From Monocercomonoides exilis PA203 (Eukaryota > Protista > Preaxostyla): a stretch of 64,000 nucleotides of DNA. Numbering within the stretch: the first letter of the stretch is position 1; each line of letters begins with the position of its first letter. The DNA is taken from NCBI GenBank assembly GCA_001643675.2, contig LSRY02000029.1:186001-250000 (forward strand), read 5' to 3'. Positions 1 to 10,100 of this stretch are shown piece by piece. Position numbers and translations under genes: made by a program. Under the pieces are notes generated by a model. It was not told where the DNA came from. It searched no databases and saw nothing but the letters and a program-made list of their open reading frames with translations.

Positions 1-599
1 TGGCAACGGGGATGATCTACTCAACATTGTCACCAGCACTGTTTCTGGTGCACTCGATTCTTGTGATTGGATATGTGGCGCTTGTGTTTGTGGGGGTGTC
101 TGTGAGTCCGATGGGAGTGTATGACTTGTTTGGAACGAAGAAGACAAAGGAAGAGAAGGAGAAGGAGAAGAAGGAGAAGGAGAAGAAGCAAAAGGAGAAA
201 GAAAAGGAAAAAGAGAAGGAGAAGGAGAAAGAAAAGAAAGAAAAAGAGAAAGAAGAAAAAGAGAAAGAAAAATTAGCGAAAAAGGAAAAGAAGAAAGAAA
301 CAAAAGAGAAGAAAGAGAAGCAGACAGAGAGTGCTACAAAGAAAGCAAAAGCAAACAAGGAAGAAGAGGAAGGAAAAAATCGATCTCAAAAGAAAGCGTC
401 GAAAGAGAAGGATGAAGAAAAGGATGATGTTAGCGAGGAATCAGATCAAAGTGAAAAAAACGAAGTTCTCCATTCAATTCAATCTGAGGAAGAACAAAAC
501 GAAGATGAGCCACTGAAAAGATTTGAAGATCAGGTCAGCGAAAAGCAAGCTCCTGTTGAATCATCAGAAGAGAAAGAAAAACTACTTTCAGTTGATTAA
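1..599 (+). CDS. 3' end of a gene entering from the left: hydrophobic segment followed by a Lys/Glu-rich tail; product unknown
   Basis: Reading frame is open from the window start (GCA ACG GGG ATG...) to TAA at 597-599; hydrophobic LFLVHSILVIGYVALVFVGV, then KE repeats. Confidence 0.6.
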   Translation, partial: ATGMIYSTLSPALFLVHSILVIGYVALVFVGVSVSPMGVYDLFGTKKTKEEKEKEKKEKEKKQKEKEKEKEKEKEKEKKEKEKEEKEKEKLAKKEKKKETKEKKEKQTESATKKAKANKEEEEGKNRSQKKASKEKDEEKDDVSEESDQSEKNEVLHSIQSEEEQNEDEPLKRFEDQVSEKQAPVESSEEKEKLLSVD

Positions 600-1286
600 G
601 AAGAATGCAATTTATAAATTTTTAAATTATTATTTTTTTCAAAATGATCAAATAATTTATGAAACATTTGTTAGGATATTTTTTTTTTATTCTATAAAAA
701 GAAAAAATCCAGAAAACTTTGTAACTTTCAAAAAGAAATGGGGCATAATTTTTTCATTCATGAAAAAAACAACGATTTGTTCCGAACATTTTCTGGAAAA
801 ATATCATTATCAGTCTTTCATTCCCATGTTAAAAAATACAGAAAAATTCAAAAATTGAGAAAAATATTTGTTTAAGTTGAATGGAACAAAATTCATAAAG
901 CAAAATATTTTGTCCCAAATAATCAAAACTTTCACCAATTAATTAAAAAACAAAAATGTCAAAATTTTTTTTAAAAAGTTCTATTTGTTTTATTTTCATT
1001 TGAAAAAAAATTTTCATATTTTGATAATATTTCTGTTCATTCTTTCCAAATTATGCTGTTATTGAAATAAAGGCATGACAATATAATTATTTCCATTTTA
1101 GTGAATTTTCGTGATTGGTAACAGAAAACTGATTGAAATTTGAAATCTAATTTTTCTTTGATAATTAAATAATACGAACTTTACAAAAAAATTTTAGCAA
1201 ATTTAATTCATTTTAATAAAAGAAAATAATAAAAAATAATAAAAATAAATAAATAAAAATAAAATAAAACAAAATAAATAAAAATA

Positions 1287-1543
1287 TGGGTAATTATTTT
1301 TGAAATCAGATTTTTTCTGTGAACAATTTCGGAATGAAAAAAAGCATCAAATGTTTTTGAATGAATTCTGAAAAGTGGAAATACAACAAACAGATTATTG
1401 CATATTATTTTTATCTCAAATATCAGCATTTGTCTCAATTGAAAAGCACGGAACATTTGAATTTAAACTTTTGAGCAAATAGCAGAAAACCAATAAATTA
1501 TTCACACTCCGAAAAAAGTTATGATTTCAAAAATAATCACCCA
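1287..1543. mobile_element. MITE family X, copy 1 (257 bp)
   Basis: Imperfect ~32-bp TIRs: TGGGTAATTATTTTTGAAATCAGATTTTTTC at the left and GAAAAAAGTTATGATTTCAAAAATAATCACCCA at the right; TA at 1285-86 and 1544-45. Confidence 0.65.
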
Positions 1544-1716
1544 TATACTCACAAACAAAAAAAATATTTTTTCAAATTCAGTGAAAATTTATTTATAATC
1601 AATTTATGAAGACAAAGAAATTTTTATTCACTTAATAGTCAGTGTTTATTTGAAACAAGTACCTCCCCATATAAATTGTTGAAGCATTCAATTATTAGAA
1701 AATAATTTTTCACATA

Positions 1717-1975
1717 TGGGAGATTATTTATGAAAACATAACTTTTTTCAATGTGTTGAAGTTTCGAAAAAATTTTTTTGTTAATTTCTCGAAATTTGTT
1801 ATATCCACATATTATGAGTTGTTATTGAAACAAAAGAAAGCATTCTAGATGCTTAATTGACAATTTTAATTGATAATTATATCATCACTTTTCTTTGTTC
1901 ATTAAAAAAATGATAAATCAATTTTCAAATCGAATGTTGTGACAGAAAAAATGTGAATTCAAAGATAATCACCCA
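1717..1975. mobile_element. MITE family X, copy 2 (259 bp), inverted relative to copy 1 and diverged
   Basis: TA|TGGGAGATTATTTATGAAAACATAACTTTTTTC ... GAAAAAATGTGAATTCAAAGATAATCACCCA; its left end matches the reverse complement of the right end of copy 1 and vice versa. Confidence 0.55.
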
Positions 1976-1980
1976 TCATA

Positions 1981-2234
1981 CGAGTTATTCTTTTTGAAAA
2001 GTTGCAAATGTTTGATATCTGGGTTAAAAAAAAATAATCATCATTAGATCATTTTTTGCGAGATATTCATCAAACCTCTATGTAATGTTCATATTCTCTC
2101 ATCAAATAGATTTGAATTTTTTTATTTGGTAAATATTAAAGTTTGATAAATACCTTGCAAAATACGAACAAATGATGATTATTTTTTTTAACCCAGACAT
2201 CAAACTTTTGCAACTTTTCAAAAAGAATAACTCA
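1981..2234. mobile_element. MITE/foldback family Y (~254 bp)
   Basis: ~64-bp inverted repeat: TA|CGAGTTATTCTTTTTGAAAAGTTGCAAATGTTTGATATCTGGGTTAAAA... versus ...TTTTAACCCAGACATCAAACTTTTGCAACTTTTCAAAAAGAATAACTCA; the TA-CGAG terminus is mariner-like. Confidence 0.6.
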
Positions 2235-2625
2235 TTGTGGCGTGCAAAACCCGCACTTGTGCATAAACCCGCGCACTTGACATTTTCTTTCGAAATACTC
2301 TTCCACATTCATATATGTGAAAGCATTCAGCATTTTGAAACCACCGGTAACTTTTATTTGTCCATTATTTTGTATTTCGAATGAAAAATTAAAAATAAAA
2401 ATTTCTGTTTAATAGATCAAAAAAGATCAAAAAAATTTGTTTTTGATTTTTCATTCGAAATACTAAATATTGGACAAAAAAAAGTTGCAGGTGGTATCAA
2501 AATGCTAAACGCTTTCACATATATAAAAGTGGAAGAGTATTTCGAAAGAAAATGTCAAGTGCGCGGGTTTATGCACAAGTGCGGGTTTTGCACGCCACAA
2601 TGAGTTATTCTTTTTGAAAAGTTGC
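2210..2625. mobile_element. Foldback element family Z (core 2236-2599), long palindrome
   Basis: Arms 2210-~2390 and ~2445-2625 are reverse complements; the outer ~95 bp are essentially perfect and contain a doubled AAACCCGC(GC)ACTTG motif. Confidence 0.7.
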
Positions 2626-2815
2626 TAAATAATCAAACTTGCTTTTGTCAAAAAAGGACGTTCATAACTCAATGTTGCATTATAAGACAATGAAAATATT
2701 GTCAAAAATTTGAACAAAAAAGCTTATTCTTCAAAAAAAAAAAAATAAAAATAAAAAAAAAATAAAAAATGAAATAAAATAATAAAATGAAATAAAACAA
2801 AACAAAATTGTTATA

Positions 2816-3211
2816 CGGATATTGCATGAAATACCGGACATCGCACAAAATACCGGACAAGATCGATTTCACAATTGCTGCAAGAGGAATAATTCTGACA
2901 ATTTTCCTCAAAATATATCTCTTTAATACAAACTCATTTGACATACGAAACTTTCAAAACTTCCTCGTTAATGCTCAGTAAAAATGATTTTTCGAATCTC
3001 GGAGAAACTGTATTTTGAATTTTTTTGAAATTTACGAAATAATTCTTTCTGAGTCCAAATGAAGTTATTTTGAAAGTTTCGTATATCAAATGAGTTTGTA
3101 TTGATGAGATATATTTTTAGGAAAATTGTCAGAATTATTCCTCTTGCAGCAATTGTGAAATCGATCTTGTCCGGTATTTTTTGCGATGTCCGGTATTTTT
3201 TGCACAAACTG
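2816..3211. mobile_element. Tc1/mariner-type MITE family W, copy 1 (396 bp)
   Basis: ~145-bp TIRs; TA at 2814-15 and 3212-13; right terminus ...AAACTG|TA; doubled AATACCGGAC subterminal repeat; no transposase ORF. Confidence 0.8.
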
Positions 3212-3356
3212 TATCAAAAAAAAATTTTTTTTTGTTAATTTTTCGAAATACGAGTGATGTCACAATAATAATGTTAATAAATCTATGAATCTTATTTCCA
3301 TAAATGAGAGTCTAATTCATTTTGATATTTGAGAAAGTTTAATGAAGTTGAAAGTA

Positions 3357-3751
3357 CAGATATCGCATAAAATACCGGACGTCGCAAAAAATACCGGACA
3401 AGATCGATTTCACAATTGCCGCAAGAGGAATAATTCTGACAATTTTCCTCAAAATATATCTCATTCACACAAACTCATTTGAAAGACAAGACTTCACTTC
3501 AGCTTTTTTTGTGCTGAGAAAAAAATAATTTTTAAAATATCGGAGAAACTTAAAATTCTATTTCTCCGAAATTTCAATAAGAATTTTTTCTGAGCACAAA
3601 TGAAGCCATTTTGAAAGTTTTGTATGTCACGCAAGTTTGCATTGATGAGATATATTTTAAGGAAAATTATCAGAATTTTCCTTCTTGCGGTTATTAAGAA
3701 ATCGATCATGTCCGGTATTTTTTGCGATGTCCGGTATTTTTGCACAAACTG
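3357..3751. mobile_element. Tc1/mariner-type MITE family W, copy 2 (395 bp), same orientation, more diverged
   Basis: TA|CAG...CTG|TA termini (TA at 3355-56 and 3752-53); colinear with 2816-3211. Confidence 0.8.
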
Positions 3752-4174
3752 TAATTTTTGATCACTAAAAGTAAATCAGCAATTAAATATTTTTCATTGA
3801 AAAAGTCAGAAATTTCATATTTTTTCCCATATGTTCAATTTTTCTTAAACCTGCATTTCTTTCAACCATCTTAATAAGAAAGAAATATCATTCACCATTT
3901 CAATGGTTTTTTTGTATATTTTCGAACAAAAAAACGAAAACTTTTCACAAAATGAACATTTTTGATTCTTATTGAAATTATCAAAACAAAGATCATGAAT
4001 ATGGAAATTCTTTTTTTCAATAACATTTAATGAATAATTTTATTTTTTATTTCAACAAATGAAAAAAAAGAATAACTATTATTTTATTTCTGATTAATAA
4101 ATATTGGGCGCAAGTTTTTTTTTAATTTGAGTTTTTCTCCTACATCAACCTCAATGACGAGATGCTGTTCCAGT

Positions 4175-7100
4175 ATGAACGCTGCACTAAATATTGTAGT
4201 TATCGTATTGCTTGTTGTGAACAGCATTAATGGTGAAAACATTGCTGAAGAACAAATTCAGCAAGAAAGGAATTGGGAGACGCAAAAAGGCAAGATCAGC
4301 ATTGAAACAGATGAATATAAATACTATGATAATTTGGGCATTGATATTTGGAAAATTAATAATGTGCCTGGTGATCGTGTCTGTTGTATTCAAACAACTT
4401 TAAAAATCATCAACACATCATTGTGTGTGAGCCATCTCAATATCATCCCCCTCACCGGTTGTCCACTCCTCACGACTCAACACCACTCAGCTGCTACCAT
4501 CTACTCCTCCACTTGCAAAATCCACCCAGCAACAAAATCTTCACTCTTCCTCTCTGCCCATTCCTCCCTCGCCCTCACAAACTTCTCCCTCATCACCCCT
4601 CAACCAGCCATCTTCTCCTTCCACCTCTTCTCCACCCCAAACAATCTTTTCCCAGATGCTCACTCCCCAATCCCTGCCTCCTTCTCCATCTCCCACTCCT
4701 CTTTCTCCTCCTTCATCCCCCTCCTCCAGCCTTTCCTTTTTTCTCCTTCTTCCCTCTCTTCCCCTTCCCCTTCCCCTTCTCCATCTCCTTCCCTTTCCCC
4801 TTCTCCTTCATCTTCCTCATCCTCATCCTCATCCTCTTCTTTTTCTTCCCCTTCTCCTTCTCCTTCCCCTTCGATTTCCTCTTCCTCTTCCCCTTCACCT
4901 CTCCATATCCATCACCAATCCCATCCCCACCTCCAAATCCACCTCAATCTCCATCTCTCAAACACCCTCTTCTCCAACATCTCCTCTCCCCAATCCCATC
5001 CATCTCTTCCATCTCTTTCTTCACACTCACTCAATCCTTTTATCTCAACCACCTCTTCCTCTTCTTCCACTTCCACCAACACCAACACCAATTCAATCCC
5101 CTCTTTCTCCCTTCACTCATCTCTTTCCATACACTCAACCATCTTCCTCTACACCCACAACCCCATCGATGGAGCCATTCTCCCCAACCTCAACAGCCCA
5201 TCCACATCCCTCTCTGCCTTCAACACCTCTTTCCTCCACCAAACACGTTCTTCACCAAATGATCTTATAAAATATAACGGATCAGAAACTCAAAAATTGA
5301 AATTGAAAAGAATGGATTCATTCAATTTAAATAGCTATCTTTTTGAATGGTGTGAATGGAATGATTCAAATGGTGGAAATAGATATGGAGGCGCACTTTA
5401 TGTTATTAGCACAAATGCAAATCTCTCAATCACATCTTGTTCGTTTCACAATTGTTCGTGCACAGGTGGCTGTGAAGGAGGAGCGTTATACTGTGGAAAT
5501 TTGCAAAAACTAGATATTGCTAAATCAAATTTCACAAATTGCTCGGCTGCTCATGGAGGCGCAGTTCACATAAGATATATGCAATCAAATTCTGTTTGGT
5601 CATTCTCAGAAAACAAAGTGGAAACATGTCAAATAACTGATTGGTGTGGAACTGGTTGGTATTTCAGGATCAATAACATGACTACAACTTGTCAATTCCT
5701 GTTTACCAAATGCAAATGTATTGCAAATACTGGTGGTGATGCTTCTGGCTCTCTCGCATTTCATTGGCCTCCGAATAACAAGCCCAACAAGTTTTTAATT
5801 ACCGAATGTCAGTTCATCAATAACAAATTAACTTCTTCTTCCACTTATGGAGGAGCTGGAATATACTTTGATGGAACTTACTCTTGGATGAATGGAATAA
5901 AATTCATCGCATTCTGTTTCTTCGATGGCAATTCCGCAACTAATGGCAGAGGGAATGATGTGTTCTTCAATGGCAGCATAACCCAATCTCCATTCCAGCA
6001 ATGTGGCTCAACAACCCCAACGAAAAGAGTGTGGAATGCAGGAACCGCAGATAATGCGATGTACAACAGTTGGCTTCCAATCATTGACCAGAACAAAATC
6101 GTTGCCAACAGTGGAAGTGATGTCGATTCCTGCGGCAAAACACAGCAAAGCTCATGTGCCACTGTGGAGTATGCTCTTGGATGCATTGCTCCCTTCGGTG
6201 ATGCTTCCCTCTCTCTTCTCTTCTCCACTTTCACTCCCACACAAACTCTCACGTTCCGTGCCCCAAATACAAAAATCACAGGAAATGGCACAGATGCCAC
6301 CACCATCGCCTCCAGTGGCATTCCCCAACCACCAAACTCACATTCACACTCATCACAATCAACATCATCGTTTTCATCGTTTTCATCATTTTCATCTGCA
6401 TCTTCTTCACCAGATCCATCTGTTTCGCCTGCCCTCTTCCAACAGACCCAGGGCTCCCTCACAGTCTCTTCCCTCGCCATCGCCCACAACTCCACAAATC
6501 CCATCACCCCCATCCTCTTCCACCTCTCCTATAACTCCCCTTCCCTCAACCTCAACACAACCACCATCACCGGAACAACCTCATCTTCATCATCAATCAC
6601 AACCCCCCTCTTCTTCCTCACTGCTGGCTCCCTCACCCTCAACCACACAGCAATCACCAGTCTCGCCCTCAACAGCCAAAGCATCTTCCACCTCACCTCC
6701 CTCACAGCTCCCCTCGCCCTCAACTTCTCCAACATCACCGACATCACATCCACTGCCACTCCCACCAGCTGTGTTCTCTCCTCTACCACCTCCCGTACCC
6801 TCTCTCTCTCCCTAGCCAACTGCACCATCACCAACATTTACTCAGAACAGCTGAGCCAACAGACTGCCACCAATGGCGGGTGCATCTCATTCGCCTCATC
6901 TGCCTCTGCCAACTCGTTTTCTGTGAGTGATACCTCCTTTACATACTGCCGTGTGAGTGAGGACGTGAATAATGGAGGAAAAGGAGGAGGAATATTTTTG
7001 GATTGCAGCTTGAATGAAGGGGGATTTATGCTATCATCTATTTCATTTTCTGGGTGCAGGGCAACAGTTGGGAAGAACATGTTTGTGAAGAGTGGGAATC

Positions 7101-10100
7101 TGGTGAACACCGTTAAGACAGAGCGTTTTGCATTTGACTGCTCAGATTACGAAGAGGATGGGAATGCATTTGTTGGGGAAGATGGGATTTATGGAGAAAT
7201 GGATCTTCGAGTGTTTCTTGTTTATTTGAAGTGGGTGGAGGTGTCTGTGTCGAAGGATGGACATGACACATTGGGATGTGGGAGTGAAACATTCCCATGT
7301 CAATCAATGAAAAGTGGAATTGACCACGTTGACAGAAGTGAAGCAGTTGGAGAAAGGAAAGTGAATGTGAAAGACGAAGGGACAATTGAAGATATTTATT
7401 CTTTCACAGATGCACTTGTGATTGATGGATGTGTGAATGAAGGAGATGTCATTAAACACAGGCCTGTTCATTTTGAAGTGACAATCAATGGAGATTCTGC
7501 AATAAGTGTTATTTCATCAACAGATTCACTTTCCTTGCTCTCTTTGGAATTACAGATTCCAAGTCAATTTGTTCCAAGCATGAATTCTTTGATCTCATCG
7601 AGTGGAGTTTCTCAACTTAAAGACTGTTCATTTGAGATCCAATCATCAACAACAGTTCAATATTCATTGATTACCATGACCACCGGAAGTTGCACATTGA
7701 CAGGATGCAGTTTGGCAGATTGTTCATTTTCAAATTCTCCATTTGTAATGGCTTCTTCTGTTTTGCTTGAAAACAGCAACTTTTCAAACATTAAGAACAC
7801 TGGAAGAGGTGAAGAAGGAGGCGTTGCTAAAGTAACACTGCAAGAGAATGAAGAATTGGTCATTAAATCAACAAATGCGTCATCTTGTTCACTTTCATCG
7901 GAAAATGGAAAAGGTGGATTTCTGTATTTGGATTGCCAAAATTGTTTGAATAAAAAGCCATTTGTTTTTGATGTTGGAATCACTTTTGAGAATAACGAAG
8001 CAGCTATTGGAAAGAATGTGTTCATTTCAGCATCTGATCTGAACAAGACTGTGACAAATGAGTCATTCAACTTCAATTACTTGTCAATGATAAATGATGA
8101 AAATTTGTTTGTGGGAACAGATAACTATCATCAAGAAAATGATTTGTTCATGTTCCTCGTTCCATACAGCTCAACTGAGATGTTTATCTCATCAAATGGT
8201 TTTGATGTGGCACGTTGTGGAAGTGAAGAAGAGCCATGCTTCACAATGTGGAAAGGGATTGAAAATATAGAAAAGGAGATTGGAAAGAAAACAATTCAAA
8301 TTGCAGGATCAACAATCATCCGAGATTCATTCAACATGTCCAATTATCATATCAAAAAGGATTCGAAGATGGGAGAAGAGAATGTTAAAGCAACTTTGAA
8401 TTTTGAAAAGTCAATCGGAAGTCAGCTGGAATATTTCATGGAAAATGATGATCATCTTGAATTGACAAATATCCAACTTAAACTATCATCGGGATTTGAC
8501 AATTCAGCCAAAACGATTATTTCAAACAAAAATGGAGAATTGGTGATAAGTGAATGTTCATTCCATTCAGAAGCAAGAGTGAGCAATGGATTTGATTGTG
8601 TGTTTGTGGATGCGATTGGCGGAAGCGTGGAAGTGAATGATTTGTCGATGGAATCATGCGATGTTGGAAGCAGTATTTTTGTCATTCACGATGCTGGAGT
8701 TTCTTGCCATTTCTTGAATATTCGAGTGAAATATTTGAATGAAAGCGGAGGTTGCATTTTATCAATCAAGAAATCTGAATCAGGATTGAAGATAAATGAA
8801 GTGGGTGAGGAAATGAGTCTCAACATTGATAATTCGTCATTTTCGGGAGTGAAGAGAAGTGACAATGGATCAAGCATTTTGGAGTCTGCAAGTGAGAATA
8901 AGATTTGTTTGGTTGTGAACGAGAGCAACATCACAGAAGACAAAGCAGAAGAAAGTGAAAAAGGAGGAGGAATATTCTTCACATTGGGTGCATCTGGATC
9001 AATGAAGGTGATTGACTCAACAATCTCTCATTGTAGCTGCAACAACAGCACTGGAAGAGGAGGAGGAGTGTATCTGGCAACAAAGGAAAGAGGGTTTCTA
9101 GATTTCGCATTTATGGGAATGAAGTTCAGCGCGAACACAGCAAAAGTGGGGAATGACATTTTCGTTGAATGCTTTAACATCACATCCCAGATCAATGAAA
9201 GGCAATTTCAGTTTGATCTTCGAGAAGGCCATTACATTCGTGATAACGCAATATATGGAAGAGATGAATGTGATTATCTAAATGATACAGATCTGATAGG
9301 ATTTGTGACGATTCATCAGAGCGACACAATCATTGTGAGCAGTGTGAATGGAATGAATGACAGACAATGCGGAACAAACACATTTCCATGTGATTCAATT
9401 GATTATGGACTGATGCATCTGACTTCTGATTTCATGAGTCAAATGATTGTTATTGAAATGAGTGCGATTGATGGGGAGATTAATTTGGAGGAAATGAGTT
9501 TGAGTTCGAAGAGCAGAGAGATGTGTGACGTTGAAGTGAAAACTGGTATTGAAAGGACAAGAGAAGCATTGATGACAACAAGTGGAACAGTTTCATTGTT
9601 GAGATTGAACTTTGTGTTTGATTCGAATTTCATTTCTTCACATGAATCACTGATATCACCAGATGGAGGAATTCTTGAAATTATGAATTGCTCATTCAGC
9701 TCAAAGCCATCGAATGAAGAAGGAAATTCTGCGTTTGCAAGCATTCAATTTCACATTATAAAAATGGAAAAAGGAGAATTACAACTTGATGGATGCACAA
9801 TATCAGACCTCATTCTTCAAGAACCAGCATTATATCTATCGTCATCACTTCCATCAGTGATTTATTTGTTTGAGATATTCAATTCAACAATTAAAACTTC
9901 TCTGATAAACATTAATGAATGTGGACAATTAACAATCAAGGATTTCAATACAGAAAATATCACAGTTGAAGGAAATGAAGAATCGTTGATATCTTGTTCT
10001 TCAATGAAAAAGACAATGCAATTGGCAAATTGCACAATTAGTGGAGTCAATTCACAGGCCACAAAAGGAAAATTGATGAAATTGGAGGATTGTTTGGATG

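Noticed and set aside
2102-3745. Short similar ORFs (e.g. KYRTSQKIPDKIDF) on the minus strand
   Set aside because: They are translations of MITE inverted repeats with no transposase motifs
2816-3751. Repeat-spacer appearance resembling CRISPR
   Set aside because: These are long inverted arms rather than short direct repeats with unique spacers; eukaryotic context with no cas genes
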